Source: Psilocybe cubensis
Lineage: Eukaryota
Assembly: GCA_017499595.2 (NCBI GenBank)
Contig: CM039000.1
Location: 3,968,001-4,032,000 of the forward strand
Direction: 5' to 3'
Length of the DNA: 64,000 bases
The first letter of the stretch is position 1; every line of letters begins with the position of its first letter. This document shows positions 37,407-50,909 of this stretch, in pieces. Below the pieces are notes generated by a model. The model searched no databases. It was not told the DNA's origin and was given only the letters and a program-made list of their open reading frames with translations. A program made the position numbers and the translations under genes.

Positions 37407-37920
37407 AGCAGTTCTATAGGCTTCTAACATTTGTTTTCACCACACCTTCGGTCTACCCTCCTTCGCGTGGTTCGATTCCCTTTACAATTAGAATATGGGC
37501 TTTAATGTGTTATATGCACATATCCATATGAATGCATTCAGTCAGACCATCACACCGACTGACTAGTGAACCGAACGTCTGGTTGATTATAGTACTCAAA
37601 ATTAATATTTGGTCTCTACATATCCATCTTCTACGTAACAACCACTAGGTATGCGGGCGAGTAACTGCGTGATTATGTGTGACGACTGAACGTTGAACAC
37701 TTCATGGCACACTTCACTGCAGAACTAATCTGACTTTAAGGTTTAAAGTCAGATTAGGCTCAGATCAATATTTATTTATTAAACTTATCACAATATTATT
37801 GTTAATAATGATTTGTTTGTCATCGCTGTGGCTCGCCGAAGCCGACATCAGCCTCCCGCTAATCACCACAACGACAACGTCAGCGACGCCGTCGACGCCG
37901 TCGACGACCTAGGCTGAAAA

Positions 37921-40900
37921 ATGACCATCCCCTCCCTCACCGTCACCAACTTAAAGAAGGCAAAAAACGTCGTTATCGGGAATCCTCTGGCCAAAGTACA
38001 GCTTGTGAGAGACACCCATTTTATATCGACGTGAGTGGACTGGATGTTCATTTCTATGAATCTTACAGCTGTCTTCAGGCTCATTGACTGTTTGAATGCT
38101 CCATATTCTTCTGAGAAATCCACAAATGATGCTTTGCGGATCGAGGCAGCACATATAATCGCATCGTTATCATACGGTATGCAGCGAACTAAAGGAAGTG
38201 GTCTGTATTCATGATTGATATATTACAGGTTCTGAAGAAGCGCTTGGAACACTTTTGAGGGCCAACGCTCACCATGCCTTTGTCTATGCTATCTCATACT
38301 TCACACCATCCGAGCCTCTTTCTGTACGAGCAGCGTTTTCACGAGCTCTTCGAACGCTTGCAGCTTCAATCGCTGATGTCGTCGGACCGTCAATGTGGGG
38401 TTTAAGGCCAGACAGATCTATGATACGCAATGAAGCGCGGCATGCACTCGAATATCTTTTTCAGGTACGGTTCATGCTATTATCTATACGCATTCACTCT
38501 CACATACGCAGACCGAAACACTAGACATTTATCTACCATTGTTGCTCCCCCCCTCTCCTTCCATCCCCGCCGCGTACGCTGTCTCGACATCTATTGCACA
38601 GATGTTATCGACTACCATTCGCTCTGATGTGAATCGTCGTGCAGTGACAGAGTGGCTCCCTCCTGCCGAGCGACAGCGCGAGGTAAAGTCCCGCCGCGGG
38701 TGGGAAAAAACCGCTTTATCAGCGAGCCACACATCGCCATGGGTGGCAAGACAGCTTATAGCACTGCTTGGAGAGTACCGGCGAGAATACGACTGTAAGC
38801 TAGTAGAGGCCTGTTTGTCCGCGTTGGCCGCTCTTGCCAAAGAAAACCCAATTATAGCCACTTTTCTAACCAAACCTTTGGTTGGTGAGTAGTATTAACG
38901 ATTAGTGTGCTTATACTAATAATTTGTCCATAAAGACGCTCCTCCCCTTGAAACTATTCTAAAATTCACCAAATCCCGAACAGTGGATGTCCAGCTGGCT
39001 GCTTGTATATGTATCACCCATATTTTGCGAGCTCTTCCCCCCTCTCCCTCTTCAATTCCACCGCCGCATTCTATGACCTCTCCCACCTCCGCAACGACAT
39101 CCCACAGTCTTGCACACACTCCTGCTCCCCATAAACCATCTCTTGAAGAAGATTGTAAACGCACTGTGATCAACGTCGTCAATGGGATGATTTCCTCTCC
39201 ACCCTCAACCGACTCTCACAAAAGCCAGACGAAAGCCTGTTATATTTTGCGTGAGCTAAATTACACCCACCAATTATGGCTAATCTAATCAGCTCCTATC
39301 AGACCATTTGGTGTCAGATAATGATACCTTTTGTCATGACGCTTCTAAAAGAGGATGCCTTGACAACTTGGGCGAGTTAGTTCGTTCGATCAATCCTACA
39401 GAATCAGATCCAAATGAGTGGGAAGAAGGAGAGCCAGAGAGCTTGGCCGCCTTGCGAGAGGCTGCCCTTATAGCACTCGCATCATTGGCATTATCCTCGG
39501 ACGACATCCGGAGAAGAATAACGGACGAACTTAGTCTTCTGCCCTGCATATCGCGAGCTTTGCGTGCAAAGAGACACACGGGAACCCGCTACGCTGCATG
39601 CCAGTGTGTAAGAGCTATATCACGTGCGGTTTCGGTCCTGCGGACGAGTATAGTCGACAGCGGCCTCGGAATGGATGTACTGCGAATTGTACTTGGTCAA
39701 GACCTTGGGGATCGCTATGGAGGTAGTAGTTCAAACCCTGGAACCGTGGGGAACGCTACTGGTAAAGCTAAAGAAGGGGGGACAAAAAAATCCAAAGACG
39801 AAAGTTCGTCTATGGATACATCAGTTACAGGCACACGCGATGGATTGGGCGAAGATCGTCGAGTGCTCGGCGCTGCACTCTCTGCCGTTTGCAACATTGT
39901 CAACGACTTTTCCCCGCTGAGACCCGTATGTTATTTTCGTCTCACTGTTGTGCTATACTTATAATTTTCTGTTCAGATTTACCTGGAGGAGAAATTGATG
40001 CCACGCTTGGTTTACATTCTCAGAGAATCAGGCGATCCACCCCTCAGACTTAATGCCCTATGGGCTGTTAAAAATCTGGTGAAGAAAACTAGCACTGAAA
40101 CAAAGAGGGATATTATGAGCCATATCGGCTGGACACAGCTTTCCGAGTCAGTTGTACAATTGGATATAGTGTACTGTCCACACGGTACTAAATTTATTTT
40201 TTCCAGTTTCCTCAGCGACGCAGATGAAGATATACAGGAACAAGGTTTCTACACCCTTCGGAACCTTGCAGAAAATGAAGAGGGTATTGCCATGATCTTT
40301 AGAGAGCTCGGCCCTCAGGTCCTTGAGAAGATTGTCGCTGGACTGCGATCCTCTTGCACAGACGTTGTTCTCCAAGCTGCTTTCGCGATCGCCAATTTAG
40401 CAAACGGATCACACGATCAACAGGACATGATTCTTCGATTCCCTGGGATGCTCACCTCCCTACAATCATGCTTAGCAGAATCCACATCTGACATAAGACG
40501 TCCTGCCGTCTCTTGTATTTTGACCCTTGCACAGAGTAACCCAAGAAGGCGGAAAGAAATGATGGACGCTGGGATCATCAGCACTCTTAGACGGCTATGC
40601 GAATGGTCAGGCCATAGTACCCATGGACTCGGACATGGTCACAACCACCCTCCTGCCATCGGTGTCAGTCTTAGTCCAACTTCGGGAGGAGCTGGACATT
40701 GGGGTGGCCGCAGCCCACTAAGATCCCCGCCTAGTCATGCTCCAGTGCCAGTCACTGGCGTATATGGTAGCTGGGGTGGCAGCGGATCTATGCATCATCA
40801 TTCCCATTCACTGGCCCATCATGTCCCCGCCAGCGGACGAATTCAGCCCTACGGACATACCAGTCATCACAGCTGGTCATCTCCTATGGCACTCGAGGAC

Positions 40901-40972
40901 GATCGGGATGTCATTCAGAGGGCACGGACGGCTCTAGAATGGTTGGAACGCGGTGAGACGTACCTCACATGA
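37921..40972 (+). CDS. Armadillo-repeat protein ARMC8/Vid28 (GID complex subunit), multi-exon
   Basis: LKKAKNVVIGNPLAK, RIEAAHIIASLSYG, RYAACQCVRAISRAVSVLRTSIVD, VCNIVNDFSPLR, LRLNALWAVKNL, IQEQGFYTLRNLA. Confidence 0.85.
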
Positions 40973-41285
40973 TTCCTGTGCTCTGTTGTTCCTAGATTTG
41001 GCATTGGTTTGATATGTCGGTTCTTGTAGGTTATTTTGTATCGAATCTGGGGATGTACTCTTCTATTAAATTACAGGTTTAACCGTTTATACCCGAAATT
41101 TAGATCATTGATGAATCAGAAGACTCAGTGATGGGTCGAAGGCTGTTATCATCAACAGAGTTTCAACCTCCTATGGGCACTGAGATGAAACGGTGGTCCT
41201 TGACTAATCTCAATCAGTATAAAGCAGTATTTTCAGGTGAACCTTGCGAATGCGTCCCGTCCTCCCTCCCCCGTCCCCTGCCAAC

Positions 41286-42786
41286 ATGGAGCTCAACACT
41301 GTCTCTTTCCCCGATATCCATTCCACTTTGGGCGCACTGTCAATAGGTTCGCTGGTCTCTGTGTTTCTTTTTGGAATATGCACCTTGCAAGTATACATGT
41401 ACTTCGTGAATTTCCCTGACGACCGACGCACTTTTAAGTTTCTGGTAAGTTATCTACATGATTGCATGACGGACTTGAAAACTCAGGTTGCACAGGTATC
41501 CTTCATATGGTATGACATATTTGTTACGGTGCAGATCTCAATGTTTAACCCCGGTGCGCTACTGTCAGGCTTATCGAACTTGCACATTGTGCTTGCGTGT
41601 GCAATTTCATCTACCTGTGGACGATCTCCAATTATGGAAATTTTTTCGCCATTTTGGATCGTCCACCTGTGTCTTTGCCAACAACTCTTCTATTAGGAGC
41701 TTTCATAGGACCAGTTGTACAGGTAATATACATACCCATGAGCATCCTGTCTCATCATCGTTCTCATTTTGAATATCAATCAGGTTTTTTTTGCAGAACG
41801 TTTACGCATGGTCAGCGAAGGCCGTCTCCTTGTACCGATAATGTGTTGGCTTGCTACTGGAGCAGCATTCGGCCTGGAGATGTTCCTTTACTTTAAAGCG
41901 CTTTACTCATCGACAGTGCTGGATTTTGAGAACAAATGCCGCTGGAAGATCATCATTGTTCTCAGTTTGAGTACGGCGGTCGACCTTGTTGAGGCGTTTT
42001 CACTTTTCTACTATCTCAATAAACTCAGAGTTCGGACGATGGGAAGGTATGAATGTCATTTCCCACAACCGCGTTCTCCTCAGTAAAAATACGCCTTGTC
42101 CTTCACATCACAGCACATCCGCAAATATACATTCAATCATGAAACTTATACTAGGTTAGTGAAAATATTGGCTACAATCACACCTCTTATCTTAAATTAT
42201 CACAGAGACTGGGCTTTTGAAGAGCATCAGTGAACTCTCGGTTCTAGTCTGTGTAAGTCAAAATTGACATTTCATTTCTTGCGTGTGTGATATATCTGAA
42301 CGTTTATAGTTTCTTTTGATGCCAGGAAATTGTACGCATAAACTCCATTTTCTCGTCGCGATATTGTTACTTATCACTGGGGCCTACTGCTCAGTTATAT
42401 GGCTGGCGCTGTTTATTTGTTTAGCGAGATGTGAGAATACCCTCATACCATGCAGATAGTCATTGCTGACCAAGAAATTCACAATACAGGGCACTCGAAC
42501 TCATTGCTTGCATCGTAAGTGAACTACCTCTGTACGCACAGAGACACCCTTAATCCTCTCTTTCAGACTCAACTCGCGAACGATCCTCCGTCAGAATACG
42601 GCGCAAGATATTGAGAGACCGCCTGTAGGTCCCAGTTCACTTATTCAGTGACTACTAATTAACATCATTCAGATGTCTAATGACTGTGTGGAATGGCAGT
42701 TCTCCGTACCAAAACCGCTAACGAGTCAAATTGAAAGTTCCCCATCATCAACAACACTGGTGGCAGACCGGCGCTCCAAGGTTTAG
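41286..42786 (+). CDS. Basidiomycete integral membrane protein (DUF6534-like), many short exons
   Basis: TLGALSIGSLVSVFLFGICTLQVYMYFVNFPDDRRTFKFLV, VQVFFAERL, ETGLL, NSLLASLNSR. Confidence 0.8.
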
Positions 42787-43124
42787 AATGTATTTGGTCG
42801 TATATCTGTATCCAAGTAAGTCCCAGACTTCAGTGGTGAACTGGCGAAAAACTGAACCGCGATATGCAGCCCGTTAAATGGTTTCTCTTCAATTCATTCT
42901 GTAGAATATATTCAACCAGCATACCAATTTGCATCTTTCATCATCGATTCGTTCATTTCACAGGTCACATTCATTTGTATATACTACATACAATTTTTGT
43001 ATTCATGTACCCGTGGTTCCTTCGCTTTCATTCAATTTTTTTAGGTAATTGCACGTCTACAATAATATTTGCCGACAGGTGCTCGTGCGGGAGTACAAAT
43101 CATTTATACACCTTTGTGTCTGTA

Positions 43125-45058
43125 TCAATTTATCGATGTAAAAAACTATGTAGGCCGCATTCACCTCGATGGGCACATTTATGCCGGTGCCTGTGTCACT
43201 AGTTGATTGGGGGAGTCATAGCTAGAAGAACGTCGGAACAAGGTTCTGATGTAGCATTCTTAAGGTACGTTAGCCCCGCAGCGCAGAATGCCCACACATC
43301 AGAGCGAAGGTTGACCGCTAGAACTGGGGGTCCTATATAGGTTGACGCAGTGAATGGGTTGGGCTAAGTAAAGCTAACATCAACACTCCTTTTAACAAGT
43401 CGAGACACAACTCTATCGTACCTGTGCGCAATAATTGAAGCCAGTGACGAAGTTGTCAAATGTACCGACATCGAAGAATTGCTGACCTCCTGGGACTAGC
43501 TGTACTGCTTCACCCAGCCCATTCCCCTGAAGATCGTTGACAAGCAGAGCTTCAGGTGCACCGACCGTTTCTATGGGTAATGTGTAGACGTGAGGTTGAG
43601 TAGCAGATCTTCCCTGATGTACGTCGTGTTTTAGTGGGGACATTGGAGAGTGGTGAATTTTTTACCGTGAGGATTTGCAAATGGAGACCATTTGACCCAA
43701 CTGGCACCGGAGAGTTTCCCAGGAGACCTGGGACACTCACCGGAGCGCCAGGAAACGCAGGTACATATCGACCTTCCAAAGTAAATTTGAACTGCGGTAC
43801 ATTACCGCCTTGAAGTTGTGCATTGTTTAAACATGTGTTGAGATCTAGAGCAGGCGCTGTGGAGTCGACATATACAGCTAGACGATTTCCTGCACCACAG
43901 AGTTGGGTGTTGTCGGCATTGCAAACCATGTTACAATCCGAATCTGCTACTGGTAACGCCAAGGGCATATATGAATCGCACCCTTGGGAAGAGAAAAGCA
44001 AAGAACATTTATGATCTAATCAAAAGGCAGAAGAAACGATACTTACAACATTCTTGTCCAAATTCTAAACCTGCTATAACGAATCCAGCGGCTGTACAGG
44101 CAGCTACGCAATTCTCTGCAGATGCGCCTTGTGGTAGGTTTTGTTGATGTAATAAGGAGCGCGGTAATCCGCTGACACCATCCCTGATACACCATTGTAG
44201 TCAAGAAGCAGTGATCGGGACACGGTGTACAAATCTTACTCGTAACAACCTTTGTATTGAAAGAGAGGATTCCCTGCAGATTGCTTGATTGTCGGAGTGG
44301 GTGAGGCGATGATAGATGTTGTGCTTGTGGGCGTGGACGTGGACGTGGTAGTTGCCGTCGTTGCCGTCGAAGTAGTACCTGCCGCTGAGCTAGAGGATGA
44401 TAAGGTCAAAAATATCGATCATAGGTTGATTGGATGCTTAACCGCACTTTTGGAATATGTTGATACCCCCTGCACCACCGCATATTTCGGCTGCATTACC
44501 AGTACATGCCATATTGCAAGTACTGGAATCAATTGGAACGCCTGGAGATTCAATCACGTTGTCACAGTCTGTGGCGTACAAGTAAGCATACAATTAACCA
44601 AAGTCAGGTAAACGAAATACAGCATTCCTAGCAACAGAAACTGAGTTTGCGATCCTTATTGTGTATTGTGTGCACTTACTCGAGAGAATTCGACTCCTGC
44701 AAATTTATACCCAGCGGGAGTACAGAAGGAGAGGCATGATTCAATAGTCATTCCCGTTACATCCGTGAAAGAGGCTACTTTGAGGGTACGCGACGATGGA
44801 ACATCACTGTGTGTTTATGTTAAGCCACGGTCTTTCATGCATTAATATTCGCACCTATAACAACCAATAGATGTCCATCCAACAGGCAAATTGTTGCTCT
44901 GACGCGTCAGTAAACTGGGCCACGCGTGTACCGACAGCTGGTTAGATAGAAACAACGCGTATTAGCATGTGGCAATTGGTGGTTACACAAAGAAAATCTC
45001 TACTTACAGCGTAAAGCGTTGCGCTAATGAACAGCCTGGGCAATTTGCTCACAGTCAT
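43125..45058 (-). CDS. Secreted protein with two WSC domains and a C-terminal domain, multi-exon
   Basis: Signal MTVSKLPRLFISATLYA|LSVHA, LPVGWTSIGCYS, MTIESCLSFC...FAGVEF.REC, CNMVCNADNTQLCGAGNRLAVY, Thr-rich linker. 3' end approximate. Confidence 0.85.
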
Positions 45059-45884
45059 TTCGTCTGAAGAGATCGCTCCTGTCTGCTCGCAATTATATCG
45101 TTTGCAAAGAGCTACGTCCGAGAGCCGCGTAAGTTCCTTGTGGACAAATCTCGTACGCATGTCAAAACGACCAGTCAAAAGTCATTTGATGGCTGATTTC
45201 CAGCGAATTCCATGCGTAAGAACCATCCGGATGTGCCTGAAAGATTGAAAATAGAGCGTAATTCAGTATCAGGCAAACGCGCATTCATGTTCTCCTTCAC
45301 GAGCTCATAGACCACTCTGGATCGCGTCGTCGATGTCGCCCAATAGGCGTCGCATTACGATTTCGATACTGACAGGGCCGCAAAAGAAGGGGAACTCCAG
45401 TGTGGATTCGAATAAGCGCGCATGAGATAGAAATCCTCTGTTCTCCGGTATAATCAAACCAGATTCCCCGACGGTGGTTCCGGCCCAATGGAAGAGGCTT
45501 TATTGTTTGTTGATTGCCAGCCTCGTAGAAGTCAGCTGAGGATGTTGTCAAGAAAAGAAAGACAAGAGCTCACCTAAGCCTGATATCTCTTGGAGATATC
45601 TTGAAGTCCCGATACTTAGCGCAATCCTTATACACGCGTCTTGACAACAAAACAAGGAGATAGGGGCCTAATAGGACGCGTCCGGGATGTCGCTTGATCG
45701 TGGGAATATATCATACTCCGTGCCGAACCGTGCCGGCGTTCCACATAGCAAAGTGCCACCAGCACCGCCGCCAGGAACATGCTATTGCTAATCAAGCGAT
45801 GTATTCGGCCATTCCCACAGGACAGATGACGACAACTTGACGACAACCATACAGACTCTCATGCCTCTTTAAAGACCGTAATAC

Positions 45885-47834
45885 ATGATGGAACAGGAAG
45901 AAGAGTGAGTCGTTTTGCAAGTAATGAGAACGCTATGGTTCTAAGCATCACGATTGTGCCTTGTAGGCCATGGCACCTTACAAGTAAGCCCCCGCCCTGT
46001 ACCTGTGGTCGATTGAATAACCTCACTGACTAAACCTGACGTTGAAAGTTGTACTACTTGAAGGATTACGCTTGATGCGCCCAGAAAAGGGATGGCGACC
46101 TATTGTAACTGTAGAAATCGACAAACATGATGTTCACGAAACCACTCTGGGAGTGGATGGCCAAAACGTCAATCAGAAAGATGTTTTCAAATTGTGCGTA
46201 TGGTGAAGTTGCATGGCGTTTCTCGTTCTCTGACCATTTTCGTAGCCACGGTGCTGGCCACTTGTCAAAGGTCGATGTTAACGTTTGGCATCGATCACAG
46301 AGCAAAAAGAAGAAGAAGAAAATTCTGGTGGCGTCGGCATCGCATTCCTTAGGAGAGCTATTGAAGAAGCAGGAACTGGAGCATAGTACGCTCAAATCGT
46401 CCTAAATCATATATTGCATCCTTACTTACCACCATAGCGTTTGCAGAACTGGATCTTTCCCTCCAATGCCGAACCTCAACACGTCATGCAGGGGGTTCGA
46501 GCAAAGGAAGATCCCAGAAGAAAGCCTTCCTTCGTCTGAAGATAAAGCCTCCGCCCACCCAACGTCACTTCAAATATTCGAGCGACATAGATTCAGAACC
46601 ATCTATATGCAGTTCTCGTCAGTGGAGGGGTTCGGCATGTGCGTTTGCCTGCATCTTTCTTGTAAACGCTCATGCTAACTGTTTTTTGTTGCTTCAGCTT
46701 CCACAGACGATTCATGCTCCATTGCCACAGACGATTGCCTAGACGAAATTCCCAAACCTTCTACATCTGCCCAACAAACTCTTCGACGGCGGATCAGAGG
46801 ATATATCATCGACACAGACGACGAAAACTTCGATAACAGTGATGGAGATTATCTGCCTGACGTACCATCATATTCTGATGATCAAAACGGTCGCATCATT
46901 GGAGACAGAGACGAATATGCAAAAGCGACAGACCTTCATCCTACTCTAGTATCGAATGGAGAGATTATCTCGTTCGAGTCAACCGAGCAAACCTTTGTGG
47001 CATTTTCTGATATCCCTCTTCCTCTGTACACAGAGAAGGTGGTTTTCACTCCCGAACGGAATTTAGTTCAAAGACTGCTTGCATCTCTGACTATGTATGG
47101 GGATTTGAGTACAGCTGCAAATGAGGATCAATTTGCTGCCGTATTTGTTCGGTTGCAACATGAGTGGACGTTTATTGGTGGACTTGTGCGTACTCAATCT
47201 TCCGTTGTTCATGTTAATGACTAACTTTCTTTACAGCTGGTAGCCTTGGCCGCGTATGTCGTTCATTCTTTACTTGAATAACCTTTCTTCTGATGCCTTT
47301 TGCAGAGTTGACACCGCTGTTTTTTCCATATCCCCAGACTCAATGTTCAACGTGGATTCGTATGCAAGGGCGGCTATTGCCACGAGCAGTGTTGCATCCG
47401 GACTTGGAATTGCCTGCGATGCGTGGTTTCTTCTCCGATACAATTGGGCAGATTTACGGACGTTCATCGTGAGGCTTCCGCAACAATTTAATTTCCCAAC
47501 TTAAATCGTACTCATACCAGTTTTTACGCAGACACGTGCCAAGGATCTTTATGATTCTTACTTCTTCTTTTCGCTTTCTGCTCGGGTCCCCGCTTTTTGC
47601 ATGTTCATCTCAGCTGTTTCGCTTATGGGCTTCCTTGCCCTCGTAGCATTTGATGCCTGGCCTCAGGGTGTAATTGGCGTCTCTTTCCTAGTCGGAATCG
47701 TTATGTCAATGCAGTTCCTCGTATATGGTGCTCATTGGTTTGCAAACCGAGTTGTTGATGGGGGACGAGCTGGGAGCCGAAGTGTTGTTACGGTGGTTCG
47801 AGTGGTCAAAAGATCCATGACTCGGTCAACGTGA
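45885..47834 (+). CDS. Hypothetical protein: C2-like N-terminal region, acidic linker, C-terminal multi-TM region
   Basis: Spliced GLRLMRPEKGWRPIVTVEID, VDVNVWHRSQSKKKKKKILVASASHSLGELL; then LQHEWTFIGGLLVALAAVDTAVF and further TM helices. Start uncertain. Confidence 0.65.
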
Positions 47835-48205
47835 TGGGCTCTTTGAGGGATGTCGTCGGGAAGGTTGTTTCTGCTACCTTCAGTCTGCACTACCAACTCG
47901 AAGCGTAGAAACTCAAGAGATGCAGATCAAAATCGGAGCGTAGCTACGTGGATACTATGCTATCATAGTGCTCTCGGAGTGGAGGAGGGGAGCACAATAC
48001 CGAGCCAAGCCACTCTGTACGGACAATTGCTCGGCGGGTGTGAAGCTGTCAATCAGTCAGGGATATGGAGATCGTATGTACTTTATTTATCCTCTAAACA
48101 TATAAAATTATATACCCATCATCATCCAACGGAATTTAATATATTGCACAGTATGACATCTCAAAATTAATATCTGTCTGTCCGTTGATTCTGTGGTTGT
48201 GCGTT

Positions 48206-48860
48206 TCATTGGACAGCTACGAATGCTGATTTCCCAAGATCTCCAACGTTATCCGAAATTTGGATCTGAATGACAGTTCCTGATTTTCGCGTTCAGGGCG
48301 CTAGACAATGAGGGTGATTGGGAAATTGTTCCGTTACCTGAGTTGACGCTGGGGTTGTAAAAAAACGAGTTTCCAAATACATTGCTTTGAAGAATCTGGG
48401 GAGCTGAGGTACCGGCTACAAGTCTGTTTTTTGTATCAAATGATTCAATGACTAGGGACCATGATGGAAGTGTGTAAAATTACTGACGACTGAAATGAGA
48501 TACAAGCCCAGCGACAAACATTCGTCAGAGTCGGCAAGTTCAAGATATTTAGAACGCAGCGAAGAGGAACGTACGACTGTGTATGGACCTGATGGGAGCC
48601 TTTGTTAGATGTTCCGTTTCGGTCTATGCCTTCAAAAAGACTTACTAGACCCCCCACTCCATGTAAAAAAGCTTCCTTGGCCATGAATAACGCTTGCTCT
48701 ATGATCGAAGTAGAAGCGTTAGCGCTTGAAGGGCAATTATATGTAGTTATATGTGCTTGTCAAGTTCAGATGCTCACGGTGTGGTGACAGTAATGGATGC
48801 TGCTATCGCATTGCCAGCAAGCAGAACAGCTGCGACGACGGAGGTCAGGGAATATAACAT
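48206..48860 (-). CDS. Small secreted beta-sandwich protein (basidiomycete 'TP..TWSGG.PY' family), multi-exon; not captured correctly by the ORF track
   Basis: MLYSLTSVVAAVLLAGNAIAASITVTTP|ASVIHGQGSFFTWSGG...GPYTV...NSFFYNPSVNSG|TVIQIQISDNVGDLGKSAFVAVQ*. Confidence 0.7.
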
Positions 48861-49138
48861 TCTGGGCAGTATGATTTGGTAGAAGCTTGAGGCTTGAAGG
48901 TTTGAATTGACTAGGTGCTTTTGAACTTATAGATAGGTTAAGAGCTATTGCGATACCATTCCTTTATACTGAACATACATCCGTCCAGAACGGTTCTTCA
49001 CAAATTCGGGGTCGATTCGTTCGTGTTATGCTTTGCGGAATGAAAGCTTCTCATGTCAAATAGCTGGGTAGGCCTGACTCTTGGATTAGATTATGGTATG
49101 AAGCCTCAGTAGACGGAGCGAGAAGTTCGCAGCGTCTA

Positions 49139-50909
49139 TTAATAACGAGACAAATTTTGCCTTTGATAACTTCTTTCATACTTATTACTTCCTTGTGTGT
49201 TAAAATTAACCATGTCTCGTCTGACTAAAGAAATAAAAGGCAGAACCGCGATACTTTGATGCATGTTCCCCGCAGCATTGTCAGACTTCCACTTGACTTT
49301 CAATCGAAACGCTACTGTGCTCTTCCCGCTCAAATACCAGAGATGAGACATTAGTCGTATGGGTGTGATGCAACCTAGGCTTGCGTAGGTTGAGTAAGAG
49401 CCTCGATGCCACCGTGGAAGATAGACTTGTTCTATTAGCCTTCTCAAAAAATAGGGAAATTTTGCGGCACCTACACGTTGGTGAGAGTTGAAGTCATCCC
49501 TCGTAAATATGGGGGGAATGTCTAAGCAAAATTTTATTATTATTCCTATAGGGCACACAAAGATGTACTGGAACGCACGTAGAATGAAACTATCACGGAA
49601 ACTGATGCGAGAACTATGATTCTGTTATACAGTGAGAGTTAAATACGCAATAAGTGGGGTTAAATTTGCAAGCACAGCAGTGCACGACGATGGCATAAAC
49701 AAGAGAAACATACCCAAAATACATGGAACCTATTATGAAGCCACTTTCAGTGTCAATTTATGGTTTATAACAGTCATTCTTACCGTCTCGAATTAAAATA
49801 TACATAATTGTGACCTCCTGGAAGGCTGACCATGATATCACGGACTTATACAAAGTCAAGCCAAATATCACGCTTTCAAAAACCAGAAGGGCAATATAGG
49901 TTCTTGCCAAAGCTGTATGGAATCAGCACACCTGTCAGTTTTCCAAGAAAATCTTGTGAACTCATATAAAAAAACCTTCTGACCTGTCCAAGGTCCAGTT
50001 TTAGAATCACAATGAATATGAATAATCAGGCCACTTACGAAGCGTCGTCCACCGGAAGAATGCATCCACTTGGAGGTAAATCAGAAGCATTGAAGTCATA
50101 ACGGACCCGCAGGCGGGTCATTGAAAACTGTAATTTGTAAGCGATTTATGATTTGAAAAAGTTGGAGAGAAATACCATTGTATATGCAATGCATAAAATG
50201 CCGATAGTCCAAAGAAACGTCAAGATTCGACGACTATGACCATACATAGCGTATGTTCGAAGTATAGAGATGACTAAACGAACACTCTCAGCAGATTGAT
50301 CACAAATTGGCTTATATGGCAGATATCTATACCTCCTACAAGTGTTTGTGATATTATTAAGAGATAATCGTTATAGGTATAGACCCAAATACAGCTGTTA
50401 AAGGTAGTCCTTGATAAGCAACAGCCTGTTCCTGAGGACAAAAAAATTGAGGACGCACGTCTATAAACACCAATAAGCACCCATTTGCACAAATATATTT
50501 TTTGCCTTTGGCTCACCTCCATCCTGTTGCCATACGACCACGATCCATCACCAACAATAAGGGTAGGAATATGTCCCAGCACTGAAATGTAGCGATTAAG
50601 GTAAAATAATGCGCCGGCGAACGCGAACTCCTTATTGGAGGTCCAGTAGAGGCGATACTCATCGCCGATGGTAAGCACATAGTCATAGTAGAGTATTACT
50701 ACCATTATATGTCAATACTGCATACATATTAATGGAAAGAGGTCAATTGCCCAAACCATAAGAAATGCATGAAAAGCAGTTATAAATAAACCTATTTTGC
50801 AATACATCGAAGTGCGCCAAAGTGTCAGTACCAGTCTAGTCAACATTAAAGAGAGATTTACGAACAGCTGCCACTCCTCGTTGTCTACGTTTGCCGGAAA
50901 CTGGGACAT
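49139..50909 (-). CDS. Basidiomycete membrane protein (DUF6533-like), multi-exon; 3' end uncertain
   Basis: ILYYDYVLTIGDEYRLYWT...ALFYLNRYISVLG, LRTYAMYGHSR, followed by TM segments. Confidence 0.7.
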
